A stretch of 64,000 bases of DNA from Prevotella sp. (GTDB lineage Bacteria; Bacteroidota; Bacteroidia; Bacteroidales; Bacteroidaceae): positions 5,990 to 69,989 of the forward strand of contig JALFPC010000042.1 in NCBI GenBank assembly GCA_022782305.1. The letters run 5' to 3'. A program made the position numbers and the translations under genes. Each line of letters starts with the position of its first letter. Position 1 is the stretch's first letter. The notes beneath the pieces were generated by a model. It did not search any database. It was not told the origin of the DNA and saw nothing but the letters and a program-made list of their open reading frames with translations. This document shows, one piece after another, positions 41,096 through 50,775 of this stretch.

Positions 41096-41563
41096 TCAGA
41101 ATATAAAAACACCGTCATCTACAGTTGCCGAAGCATCTGAAGGTGATGAATTGTCTTGATTTGAAGGTAGAGGTGAAGGTTTGACTGTTTCATCCACCAA
41201 CTTCTGATGTTCGGTGGATGTCTTGCCCGACTGTGATTTCGGAGTGAGCATCTCCATATTCTCTGCCCATATCTCAGTGAGATTATGCCTTATTCCATTC
41301 TTGTCGTCATAAGTGCTGTAGCGCAGACGTCCTTCAATATAAAGCTTGTCACCCTTGTGAACATATTTCTCAACTACCTCTGCCAATCGCTTCCACAATA
41401 TGATACGATGCCAGTCAGTGCGATCAGGTACTTGTGTGCCATTCTGGAGCGTATATCCGCGCTCGGTGGTGGCAAGTGTCAACTTGGCTACAGCTACACC
41501 AGCATCCACATACCTTACCTCTGGCTCCTGACCTACATTGCCTATAAGCATAACCTTGTTCAT
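41096..41563 (-). CDS. ssb: Single-stranded DNA-binding protein
   Basis: MNKVMLIGNVG, TDWHRI, KGDKLYIEGRL; acidic tail. Confidence 0.96.
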   Translation of the reverse strand: MNKVMLIGNVGQEPEVRYVDAGVAVAKLTLATTERGYTLQNGTQVPDRTDWHRIILWKRLAEVVEKYVHKGDKLYIEGRLRYSTYDDKNGIRHNLTEIWAENMEMLTPKSQSGKTSTEHQKLVDETVKPSPLPSNQDNSSPSDASATVDDGVFIF

Positions 41564-41576
41564 ACTTACAAAACGA

Positions 41577-42122
41577 TTACTTGCACATGCCTAAATATTC
41601 AAATTGGAAATTCTTGCCCTTGGCAGAGGGAAACTGGCTACGACTGTCAACACGCTGGCGCAGATGCTCAACGATACGGTTATAGCAGTCGATGCCTGAA
41701 TATGCCTTGCAACGAGCAACAAAATGTGTGTCGCGATACTGGAATTTACCTGTACCAGGCACCAACTGGACACGCTTGAAATCAATGGTTCCCTCATACC
41801 AGCCAAAACGTTCCTCATTTAGTTGAAGTACTATAGGAGCACTGGCCTTTGCCTTGTTTTCAGAGGGACTCACTGAATGTAAAGCCTTCTTCTCCTTGAA
41901 GTCCTGCATAGTGGCTGCCTCGGTCTTTATGATAATAAAATATACCCTCGGGCGAATCTTATATCTCTTGGGATAGAAAACTGCACTGGCAGCATAATCG
42001 CGAATATCGTTTTCCAATATGGAATTCATGCCAATCTCGTCAATGCCACTCAAAAAAGATATAGCATCATCTACGTTATCTACAAGAATTTCCTTGTCAA
42101 AATATCTAAGATATAAATTCAT
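41577..42122 (-). CDS. Hypothetical protein
   Basis: MNLYLRYFD... from ATG 42122 (the longer ORF-track start overlaps tRNA-Gly); apparently co-transcribed with ssb. Confidence 0.75.
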   Translation of the reverse strand: MNLYLRYFDKEILVDNVDDAISFLSGIDEIGMNSILENDIRDYAASAVFYPKRYKIRPRVYFIIIKTEAATMQDFKEKKALHSVSPSENKAKASAPIVLQLNEERFGWYEGTIDFKRVQLVPGTGKFQYRDTHFVARCKAYSGIDCYNRIVEHLRQRVDSRSQFPSAKGKNFQFEYLGMCK

Positions 42123-42170
42123 CGTGAAAATAAGTTGTTGTTTTTCTGAATGCAATAAAAATAAAAAAAG

Positions 42171-42243
42171 AGCGGAAAACGGGACTCGGACCCGCGACCC
42201 CAACCTTGGCAAGGTTGTGCTCTACCAACTGAGCTATTTCCGC
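42171..42243 (-). tRNA. tRNA-Gly(GCC)
   Basis: GCGGAAATAGCTCAGTTGGTAGAGCACAACCTTGCCAAGGTTG...TTTCCGCT. Confidence 0.96.
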
Positions 42244-42260
42244 AATCTTAATTAACAATG

Positions 42261-42344
42261 TGAAGAGGAGGAGACTCGAACTCCCACGTAACAATTTACA
42301 CTACCCCCTCAAAGTAGCGCGTCTACCAATTCCGCCACCTCTCC
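42261..42344 (-). tRNA. tRNA-Leu(GAG)
   Basis: GGAGAGGTGGCGGAATTGGTAGACGCGCTACT-TTGAGGG-GGTAG, long variable arm. Confidence 0.95.
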
Positions 42345-42374
42345 AACATTATGGGTCAAAAAAGAAAAAGAGTG

Positions 42375-42456
42375 TGCCCAGAACAGGACTCGAACCTGCA
42401 CGCCTCGCGACACACGCACCTGAAACGTGCGCGTCTACCAATTCCGCCACCTGGGC
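42375..42456 (-). tRNA. tRNA-Leu(CAG)
   Basis: GCCCAGGTGGCGGAATTGGTAGACGCGCACGT-TTCAGGT-GCGTG, long variable arm. Confidence 0.95.
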
Positions 42457-42504
42457 AAAATAATATGGAACCTACTTCCAAACTCTTTTCTTGTACAATA
42501 AGTG

Positions 42505-42577
42505 AGCGGAAAACGGGACTCGGACCCGCGACCCCAACCTTGGCAAGGTTGTGCTCTACCAACTGAGCTATTTCCGC
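42505..42577 (-). tRNA. tRNA-Gly(GCC), identical second copy
   Basis: Identical to 42171-42243; operon promoter TACCTTTG at 42619-42626. Confidence 0.96.
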
Positions 42578-42679
42578 AATCATTACCATTTGTGTGGTGC
42601 ATTTCTCTTAATGCGGTGCAAAGGTAATGCTTTTTTTTTTATCCACAAACTTTTTCGGCATTTTTTTTAGAAAAATGTG

Positions 42680-43843
42680 CTAATTCATCCGATTTTTATA
42701 GTCTTCATAGCCAAAAACCTTCATTATCTCTATATTTCCGTCTTTTTTTAGCAGACCTAACGATGGATGGGAAATACCATTAAACATAGTGGTTTTTACC
42801 GTCGTGTAGTGAATCATATCCTCAAAAATGACACGACTGCCTACATGAAGGGGCTCATCAAACTGCCAACTGCCCATAAAATCTCCAGAAAGACAACTAT
42901 TGCCACCCAATCGGTAGATATTGTCTCCCTTGGCATTCACATCTTCTATGACCTTGGCTCCTCGAACCTCAGGGTGGTATGGCATCTCAAGGCAGTCTGG
43001 CATGTGACAAGTGAAACTCACATTGAGTATGGCTGTCTGGATGCCATTATTCGAAACGATGTCTACAACCTCTGACACCAACGGACCCGTTTGCCATGCA
43101 AAAGCACTGCCTGGCTCCAAAATGACTCGCAGATGGGGATAGCGATTATGAAAATCTGTAAGCAACGATAACAATAGTGGTATATCATAATCGCTGCGGG
43201 TCATCAGATGCCCACCACCAAAATTGATCCATTTAATCTGAGAAAACCATCTCGAAAATTTCTCCTCTATATATAATAAGGTGCGCTTAAACACATCGGA
43301 ACCGCTCTCGCAATGGCAATGGCAATGGAATCCTTCGATATCATCAGGTAACTGGTCGGGCAAAAGGTCGGAGGTAACTCCAAAACGGGTGCCAGGTGCA
43401 CAGGGATTATACAATAATGTGCCTACCTCGGAATATTCAGGATTTATCCTCAACCCCAATGATGTGCTGGAATTGGCTGCCTTAACCTTTTGATGGAAAC
43501 GCTCATATTGCGACAATGAATTGAAGGTGACATGACTGGAATATCTTGCTATATCTTCAATCTCATCGTCTGTATAGGCAGGTGAGTAGGTGTGGGCAGG
43601 TGATCCAAACTCCTCGTATGCCAAACGGGCTTCATTGAGACTGCTGGCTGTGGTGGAATGTATATACTCACGGAAAATGGGAAAGGTGCGCCACAGAGCA
43701 AAGGCTTTGAAGGCCAAAATAATCTCTGTATCTGACTTGCGGGCCACATCTGAAATCAATTTCAGATTGCGGCGCAACTTCTCTTCTTCTAATACATAAA
43801 TAGGGGTTTTTACACCCGAAAAAGTCTCTTTATCGGTCTTCAT
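42680..43843 (-). CDS. nspC: Carboxynorspermidine decarboxylase
   Basis: LAFKAF (PLP Lys), LYNPCAPGTRFG, NFGGGH, HMPDCLEMPY, CLSGD, HYTTVKTTMFNG. Confidence 0.95.
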   Translation of the reverse strand: MKTDKETFSGVKTPIYVLEEEKLRRNLKLISDVARKSDTEIILAFKAFALWRTFPIFREYIHSTTASSLNEARLAYEEFGSPAHTYSPAYTDDEIEDIARYSSHVTFNSLSQYERFHQKVKAANSSTSLGLRINPEYSEVGTLLYNPCAPGTRFGVTSDLLPDQLPDDIEGFHCHCHCESGSDVFKRTLLYIEEKFSRWFSQIKWINFGGGHLMTRSDYDIPLLLSLLTDFHNRYPHLRVILEPGSAFAWQTGPLVSEVVDIVSNNGIQTAILNVSFTCHMPDCLEMPYHPEVRGAKVIEDVNAKGDNIYRLGGNSCLSGDFMGSWQFDEPLHVGSRVIFEDMIHYTTVKTTMFNGISHPSLGLLKKDGNIEIMKVFGYEDYKNRMN

Positions 43844-43953
43844 TCTTAATTTATATCGTTAATTATGGTGCAAAGATAACTTTTTATTATCAGAATATTG
43901 CTTTATTGCCTTAAAATTATTACATTTGCACTTGAAAAGAGATTTTGCGTATT

Positions 43954-44562
43954 ATGAAACTCATAATAATGACCAAACCCACGTTTTTCGTGGAAGAAGA
44001 CAAAATACTTACCTCATTGTTTGATGAAGGTATGGACAACTTGCATTTATACAAGCCGGGAGCTTCGCCAATGTATTCCGAGAGACTACTAACTCTGCTG
44101 CCTGAAGACCTCGACAGAAAGGTCACAGTGCACGAGCATTTCTATCTAAAAGAGGAATATGGACTCAAGGGAATACACATTGACAACGAGACTGACACCG
44201 CACCGCAAGGGTACAAAGGACACGTTAGCAGAACTTGCACAGACCTGAACAAACTAAAAGATGCTAAGCGCAATGCCGACTATGTGCTGCTCAAATATAT
44301 TTTTGACAGCCAGACAGACAGATCTAAGAAGGCTACATTGAGCATGGACGCACTGGAACAAGCTGCTAAATGCGGACTAATAGACAAACATGTGTATGCC
44401 TTGGGAGGCATGAATGACGACACCGTGAGGATGGCTAAAGACCTTGGCTTCGGAGGTGTGGTGATATGCGGTGACCTATGGAACAGGTTCAATATCCATC
44501 AGGAAATGGACTATAAGGAACTAATCCAGCATTTCAAAAGACTCAAAAAAATTATCGGTTAA
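43954..44562 (+). CDS. Thiamine-phosphate-synthase-like (ThiE/TenI fold) protein
   Basis: LHLYKP, DYVLL..IFDS, YALGG; canonical QLREK/NDR motifs absent. Confidence 0.7.
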   Translation: MKLIIMTKPTFFVEEDKILTSLFDEGMDNLHLYKPGASPMYSERLLTLLPEDLDRKVTVHEHFYLKEEYGLKGIHIDNETDTAPQGYKGHVSRTCTDLNKLKDAKRNADYVLLKYIFDSQTDRSKKATLSMDALEQAAKCGLIDKHVYALGGMNDDTVRMAKDLGFGGVVICGDLWNRFNIHQEMDYKELIQHFKRLKKIIG

Positions 44563-44598
44563 CAAAAATAGTTAGTAAACATAATAATACATAAAAAA

Positions 44599-45537
44599 AT
44601 GAGTGAACAAAACTCTTACATGGTATTCTCGGGTACAAATTCGAGATATTTGGCAGAGAAAATTTGCCAAAGTTTGAATTGCCCTCTGGGTCAGTTGGTT
44701 ATCACCAAATTTTCTGACGGGGAGTTTGCTGTATCATACGAAGAGTCTATTCGCGGACGCGATGTCTTCTTAGTGCAGAGCACTTTCCCAAATTCTGACA
44801 ACTTGATGGAACTGCTGCTGATGATTGACGCAGCAAAACGCGCTTCAGCACGCACCATCAATGCCGTAATCCCGTATTTCGGATGGGCAAGACAAGACAG
44901 AAAAGACAAACCAAGAGTAAGCATCGGAGCAAAACTCGTGGCTGACCTGCTGAGCGTGGCTGGCATAGACAGACTCATCACTATGGACCTGCATGCCGAC
45001 CAAATACAGGGATTCTTTGATGTGCCCGTTGACCATCTATACGCATCGGGAGTAATTCTGCCTTATCTACAAAGCCTAAAACTCAAGGATATGGTTATCG
45101 CCTCTCCTGACGTGGGAGGATCGAAACGAGCTAACACTTATGCCAAATATCTGGGATGCCCTCTGGTATTGTGCAATAAAACTCGAGCAAGGGCCAATGT
45201 GGTGGATAGCATGCAGATTATTGGTGATGTGAAAGACAAAAATGTGATTATCATCGACGATATGGTAGACACCGCTGGCACCATAACAAAAGCTGCCGAT
45301 ATCATGAAAGAGGCTGGAGCACTTACGGTGAGAGCATGCGCATCTCACTGCGTGATGAGCGGACCTGCCAGCGAACGTGTGCAGAATTCTGCACTCGAGG
45401 AGATAGTGTTTACCGACTCTATACCCTACTCCAACCGATGCGCCAAGGTTAAACAACTCTCTGTGGCTGACATGTTTGCAGAAACAATCAAAAGGGTTAT
45501 AAACAACGAAAGTATCAGTAGTCAATATCTTGTATGA
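44599..45537 (+). CDS. prs: Ribose-phosphate pyrophosphokinase
   Basis: FSDGE, PYFGWARQDRK, MDLHADQIQGFF, IIDDMVDTAGT. Confidence 0.98.
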   Translation: MSEQNSYMVFSGTNSRYLAEKICQSLNCPLGQLVITKFSDGEFAVSYEESIRGRDVFLVQSTFPNSDNLMELLLMIDAAKRASARTINAVIPYFGWARQDRKDKPRVSIGAKLVADLLSVAGIDRLITMDLHADQIQGFFDVPVDHLYASGVILPYLQSLKLKDMVIASPDVGGSKRANTYAKYLGCPLVLCNKTRARANVVDSMQIIGDVKDKNVIIIDDMVDTAGTITKAADIMKEAGALTVRACASHCVMSGPASERVQNSALEEIVFTDSIPYSNRCAKVKQLSVADMFAETIKRVINNESISSQYLV

Positions 45538-46106
45538 GAATTACTACTTCATTTATTACGCTGGCACTCGCTGCTCTTGTTACAGCGGGATGCCAATGCA
45601 AGTCTTGTAATACCAAGGTGGCTGAGATTGCGGATGATGGCTCTACTATTGCTGCATACGATGAATCAAACGGAAAAGCAACAAACAACGAGATGACCAT
45701 CACAGAAATGCACATCAAGGATATAGACGGCAATGACCACAGCCTCAGAGAGGAAATTGCAAAAAACAAGATCACAATAGTTGATTTCTGGGCTTCGTGG
45801 TGCGGTCCGTGCCGTCAGGAAATGCCTAATCTTGTAAACCTGTATGGCTCATACAAGGACAAAGGTTTAGGCATTGTCGGCATTTCTCTTGATACAGAAA
45901 AAGAGGCTTGGAAAGAGGCTATTAGCAATCTGGGCATCACATGGTGCCAACTCTCTGACCTTGGAGGATGGGACAGCGAAGCTGCCATGGTGTTCAACGT
46001 AAGGGGCATACCTTACACCATTGTCACCGACAGCAAAGGCACTATTCTCGCAACTGGACTGAGAGGTAGCGAACTGGAACAATTTATCGAAGAAAAACTG
46101 AAATAA
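45534..46106 (+). CDS. TlpA-family thiol-disulfide oxidoreductase lipoprotein
   Basis: Lipobox TAGC, DFWASWCGPCRQEMP, GIP. Confidence 0.92.
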   Translation: MRITTSFITLALAALVTAGCQCKSCNTKVAEIADDGSTIAAYDESNGKATNNEMTITEMHIKDIDGNDHSLREEIAKNKITIVDFWASWCGPCRQEMPNLVNLYGSYKDKGLGIVGISLDTEKEAWKEAISNLGITWCQLSDLGGWDSEAAMVFNVRGIPYTIVTDSKGTILATGLRGSELEQFIEEKLK

Positions 46107-46159
46107 TCCTATATATATACGGTTATCTAATAGTATATATTCTTTAGGTATATAACATC

Positions 46160-46205
46160 AATTAATGAGGGTGTGTCAATATCAATCGACACACCCTCAT
46201 TAATT
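46160..46205. terminator. 18-bp REP-like palindrome / bidirectional terminator
   Basis: AATTAATGAGGGTGTGTC...GACACACCCTCATTAATT between convergent tlpA and glgP. Confidence 0.8.
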
Positions 46206-46258
46206 ATTATGGATACTGATACCATCAGACCCCAAAGAGCCTGATGGCAAGAGTAATA

Positions 46259-48832
46259 TTAGAGACTGTTAGGAATTTCAATCCATCTCACATAGCAGAA
46301 GTCCTGACGGTGAGGCAGTTTGTCATTCTTTGGATACATACGTATGGCGCTCTTGTAAGAACCGGCATTATTGAGTTCAAGATTTCCCTCGAATGTGTAG
46401 AGGTTGCCCTCTTTCTTTGTCACCTGAAGAGGAATTATGCTGAACACGTGGTCTTCACCATTCTTGTCGGTGCTTATATTTACAAGTTCGAGACCAATGG
46501 CATCGTCGAGGCCCTGCTCGTCTACTACGTAGCGCACGGTGTAAGGAGTACCAGTCTGTGCGCCAGTGGCAGGAATAGACCACTCTGATGAAACCACTTT
46601 GATGGAGTCCCAGCGCTCAGCCACAGCCTCTTTCCAGAGAGCAATCTCCTTGGCCAACTTGTTATCGTCGGCAGAGAGTGCCTTGAAGCGTGCAGCCTCC
46701 TTGCAGTAGAACTTGTCATAGTAGTCGTCGAGCTGTCTCTTCATTGTGTAATGAGGAGCAATCTGGGCAATAGAGTTCTTGATAACCTTTACCCAACCCT
46801 CACTATAGCCTTTCTTGTTCTTATTGTAGAAGAGAGGTATGATCTCGTTTTCAAGCAAGCCATAGATGGTGGCAGCATCTAACTGATCCTGATAACCTTG
46901 GTTCTGGTATGTACGCTTCTCAGTGAGAGCCCAACCAGCACCCTCGCGGTAACCCTCAAGCCACCATCCGTCGAGCACTGAAAGGTTTACAACTCCGTTC
47001 ATCTCTGCCTTTTCGCCTGATGTACCGGAAGCTTCGAGTGGACGTGTTGGGGTGTTCATCCAGATGTCTACACCTGACACAAGACGACGAGCAAGCAAGA
47101 AGTCATAGTCCTCAAGGAATATTATCTTGCCAAGGAACTCAGGACGTTGGCTTATCTCATATATCTTCTTGATGAGACCCTGTCCAGCACCATCAGCAGG
47201 GTGAGCCTTGCCAGCAAAGAGGAACTTGACAGGACGCTCTGGGTTGTTGACGATCTTTGACAAGCGCTCGAGGTCGGTGAAGAGCAGGTGAGCACGCTTG
47301 TAAGTAGCAAATCGACGGCAGAAGCCGATGATGAGTGCATTGCTGTCTATGCTCTCGAGCAAAGAGACTACACGTGATGGATCGCCCTGATTCTTAAGCC
47401 ATGTGTCTCGGAACTGCTCACGGATATAGTTGACCAGTTTATCCTTGAGACCCTTGCGTGTCTTCCATATCTCTTCGTCGTCCACATTATAGATTGCCTC
47501 CCAGATGCTCTGATTACTCTGGTCGTGCATGAAATTCTTGTCGAAATGCTTGCCGTAGAGCTGTTTCCACTCAGTGGCAGCCCATGTTGGGAAGTGCACA
47601 CCATTAGTCACATATCCTACGTGGTTTTCCTCAGGATAGTAGCCATTCCAAATGGGAGCAAACATCTTCTGAGAAACCCATCCGTGCAATTTGCTCACAC
47701 CGTTGACCTCCTGGCAGGTGTTGCATGCGAATGTAGACATACAGAAACGCTCAGCGTGGTCTTCGGGATTGGTACGACCCATGCCGATGAACTCATCCCA
47801 AGAGATGCCGAGTTTTGCAGGATATCCACCCATATACTTGCCGAAGAGACCCTCGTCAAAGTAGTCGTGACCTGCAGGCACTGGTGTATGAACGGTATAG
47901 AGAGAAGAAGCGCGTACGAGCTCCATGGCCTGGTTGAAAGAGAGTCCTTCTGCTACATAATCGCAGAGACGCTGCAGATTGCAGAGAGCTGCATGACCTT
48001 CGTTGCAGTGATAGACATCCTTCTTGATACCCAGTTTCTTGAGCAGGAGCATACCACCAATACCGAGCAGAATTTCCTGCTTGAGTCTGTTCTCCCAGTC
48101 GCCACCATAGAGTGAGTGAGTGATTGGTTTATCAAACTCAGAGTTCATATCATTATCGGTATCAAGGAGATAGAGTTTCACACGACCAACATTGGCCACC
48201 CAAACAGAAGCGTGAACCTGATAGTTGGTGTATGGCACGTCAACAACGAGAGGGTTGCCGTCTTTATCCATCACACGCTCAACTGGCATTGAATTGAAGT
48301 TCTGTGCCTCATATTTGGCTATCTGCTGACCATCCATGCTGAGGGTTTGGGTGAAATAGCCAAAACGATACAGGAATCCCACTGCGCACATGTCGACATT
48401 GCTATCTGAAGCCTCCTTCACATAGTCGCCGGCCAGCATGCCAAGACCGCCAGAATAGATCTTGAGTGCAGAATGAATACCATATTCCATACAGAAATAG
48501 GCAACAGAAGGCCTTGTGCTGTCTGGTTTTACATCCATATACTCGCGGAAAGACTTGTAAACGGACTTGATGCGCTTCATGAGGGCGCTGTCTTTTACAA
48601 TCTCTTCTTTGCGCTCATAGCTAAGTCTTTCAAGCAAATGCACAGGGTTGTGCTTTACGTCATGATAGAGCTCGGGAGCAAGGTCTCTGAACAGGTCTCT
48701 TGCTTCATGGTTCCATACCCACCACATATTGTGGGCCAACTCATCCAGACACATAAGCTGCTCTGGAAGTGTAGATTTTACTGTCACCTCTCTCCATTGT
48801 GGAGCGTTGGCATAATCTGCTTTTATTTTCAT
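46259..48832 (-). CDS. glgP: Alpha-glucan (glycogen) phosphorylase
   Basis: [39 protein letters not shown] (PLP Lys). Confidence 0.96.
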   Translation of the reverse strand: MKIKADYANAPQWREVTVKSTLPEQLMCLDELAHNMWWVWNHEARDLFRDLAPELYHDVKHNPVHLLERLSYERKEEIVKDSALMKRIKSVYKSFREYMDVKPDSTRPSVAYFCMEYGIHSALKIYSGGLGMLAGDYVKEASDSNVDMCAVGFLYRFGYFTQTLSMDGQQIAKYEAQNFNSMPVERVMDKDGNPLVVDVPYTNYQVHASVWVANVGRVKLYLLDTDNDMNSEFDKPITHSLYGGDWENRLKQEILLGIGGMLLLKKLGIKKDVYHCNEGHAALCNLQRLCDYVAEGLSFNQAMELVRASSLYTVHTPVPAGHDYFDEGLFGKYMGGYPAKLGISWDEFIGMGRTNPEDHAERFCMSTFACNTCQEVNGVSKLHGWVSQKMFAPIWNGYYPEENHVGYVTNGVHFPTWAATEWKQLYGKHFDKNFMHDQSNQSIWEAIYNVDDEEIWKTRKGLKDKLVNYIREQFRDTWLKNQGDPSRVVSLLESIDSNALIIGFCRRFATYKRAHLLFTDLERLSKIVNNPERPVKFLFAGKAHPADGAGQGLIKKIYEISQRPEFLGKIIFLEDYDFLLARRLVSGVDIWMNTPTRPLEASGTSGEKAEMNGVVNLSVLDGWWLEGYREGAGWALTEKRTYQNQGYQDQLDAATIYGLLENEIIPLFYNKNKKGYSEGWVKVIKNSIAQIAPHYTMKRQLDDYYDKFYCKEAARFKALSADDNKLAKEIALWKEAVAERWDSIKVVSSEWSIPATGAQTGTPYTVRYVVDEQGLDDAIGLELVNISTDKNGEDHVFSIIPLQVTKKEGNLYTFEGNLELNNAGSYKSAIRMYPKNDKLPHRQDFCYVRWIEIPNSL

Positions 48833-48855
48833 TTTTTTATAATTATAAATAATGA

Positions 48856-50511
48856 TTATTTTCTGTTTTCTGCTTTTCTCAATGCTATATCGTAAGCCTC
48901 ATGATAGTATTTGATAAACTCGCTCCAAAGGGCTTTCTCCGACAGTTTGGATGCGTTGGCCCTGCACTTGTCTATCTCTTTCTTGCTCTTTACAGAGTAT
49001 GCGGCTACTGTATCCTTGATGTCGTCTGCCACTTCAGAATAGTTATAGTCAGTGCGGTGAATTACCTTAACACCATCCTCTATTTCGCCATATCTGCCCA
49101 CCTCATGGTTGACCCAGAGTCCAAATCCTGCTAAGTCGGTAGTGATGCATGGCACCTTGAAAGCTATAGCCTCAAGAGGGGTATATCCCCATGGTTCGTA
49201 ATATGAAGGATAGATGCAGAGGTCATTGCCGAGCACTACATCATAGTAGCTGAGGTTGAGCACACCATCATGACCGTCGAGATAGCATGGCAGGAAGATT
49301 ACTTTCACATTATCCTCTTTTCTGTTGTGCATGTCATAAATCTTCATCATGCTCAACACGTTGTCGTGGCTCATCTCATGCAACCAATGTGTTACCTGAG
49401 GCACCTCGAGTGGTGTATCAAAAGTATTGCCGCTGTTTATTCTGTCGATGAGATCCTGTCGTGGCTCCCCTACCCATCCCGGCACTTCTATGAATGCCAG
49501 CACTTTCTTCTTCAGGTCGCGGTCGCGCAGCAATCTGTTCATTGACTCTATAAACACATCCACTCCTTTGTTTCTAAACTCATATCTGCCACTTGTGGAA
49601 ACAATGAGAGTGTCTTCATCGAGAGTTTCGCCAAGCAACGCATTTGCCACCTGCAACAGTTTGGCCCTTGCAGCCTTTCTCTTTTTGGTGAATGTGGCCT
49701 TTGAAGGTACAAAACTATTGTCGAAACCATTGGGTAGCACCACATCTACGGGTTTGTCAAGCAATTCAACACACTCCTTGGCTGTTATCTCGCTCACTGT
49801 TGTGAAACAGTCGGCATGCAATGCTGTCTGCTTTTCTATTGAATGCTTGCTCTGCATGTTGAGTTCCTGTGCCATCTGGTCGCCATTATATGCGAAAAGA
49901 TAGTCATACAGGGGTTTCATGTTTCCAGCGATGCTCCTGCCTATGCTTGTGGCATGAGTGGTAAAGATGGTGCCCACCTGCGGCAGTTTGTTGTTGATAT
50001 ACAACAGTCCGAGTCCTGTCATCCACTCATTTGCATGGTATACCACCTTATCGGCTGACGAGAGGTTGTAATGATAATAGTGCTCTACCACAAGAGCTGC
50101 AGCGTATGAGAACATGGATGCCTCATCATAATCACCATAGGCATGCAGACTGTCTACCTGATAGTGTTCCCAAAGCCAGCCGTAGATTTCATTTTTCTTT
50201 TCGAAATACTTATTGAAGTCAACCAGCACGGCAACGGGTTCGCCAGGAATATTCCATCTGCCCACCTTAATGTCTAACCCATCGTTTACAGCAGCTTTGC
50301 GCCACTCTGTAAACATTTTCTTATCCTCATTAAAATATGGGCATGGCTTGTCTCCCCACACGTCAGGACCGATGAATATCAACCTGTCATTTAATGATGT
50401 TTGAATAGTCTTGGCACGTGTTGACAACACTGTGTAAATGCCACCCACTTTATTACAGACTTCCCAACTTGATTCGAATATATAGTCGGGTAATAACTTT
50501 GTTTTATCCAT
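48856..50511 (-). CDS. Glycogen synthase, GT3 (eukaryote-type)
   Basis: [42 protein letters not shown]; ATG 50511 lies after the promoter at 50533-50540. Confidence 0.92.
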   Translation of the reverse strand: MDKTKLLPDYIFESSWEVCNKVGGIYTVLSTRAKTIQTSLNDRLIFIGPDVWGDKPCPYFNEDKKMFTEWRKAAVNDGLDIKVGRWNIPGEPVAVLVDFNKYFEKKNEIYGWLWEHYQVDSLHAYGDYDEASMFSYAAALVVEHYYHYNLSSADKVVYHANEWMTGLGLLYINNKLPQVGTIFTTHATSIGRSIAGNMKPLYDYLFAYNGDQMAQELNMQSKHSIEKQTALHADCFTTVSEITAKECVELLDKPVDVVLPNGFDNSFVPSKATFTKKRKAARAKLLQVANALLGETLDEDTLIVSTSGRYEFRNKGVDVFIESMNRLLRDRDLKKKVLAFIEVPGWVGEPRQDLIDRINSGNTFDTPLEVPQVTHWLHEMSHDNVLSMMKIYDMHNRKEDNVKVIFLPCYLDGHDGVLNLSYYDVVLGNDLCIYPSYYEPWGYTPLEAIAFKVPCITTDLAGFGLWVNHEVGRYGEIEDGVKVIHRTDYNYSEVADDIKDTVAAYSVKSKKEIDKCRANASKLSEKALWSEFIKYYHEAYDIALRKAENRK

Positions 50512-50775
50512 TACAATACTTTGATAGAGCCGCAAAGGTATAAATTTTTTCACTAATTTCCAAATATTTTTTATGTATTTTTATGTTTTGAGCCATTTGT
50601 TTTACCTATATCAATTTCTCAACACCGATAGTATCAATAAATAGAGTTTTTTACTTCTCCAATCCACAAATAATGCAACCCTTATACAATTTATCTGGCA
50701 AACAGGACTGAAAAGCAGATTTTTTTTATTAACTTTGCGGCGGTTTTATTTCATACACCTTATATATTATATATA

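Noticed and set aside
42019-42589. ORFs across the tRNA cluster, and the two Gly copies as att sites
   Set aside because: The ORFs are translations of tRNA genes. Both Gly copies are full length and enclose only two tRNA-Leu genes, with no integrase.
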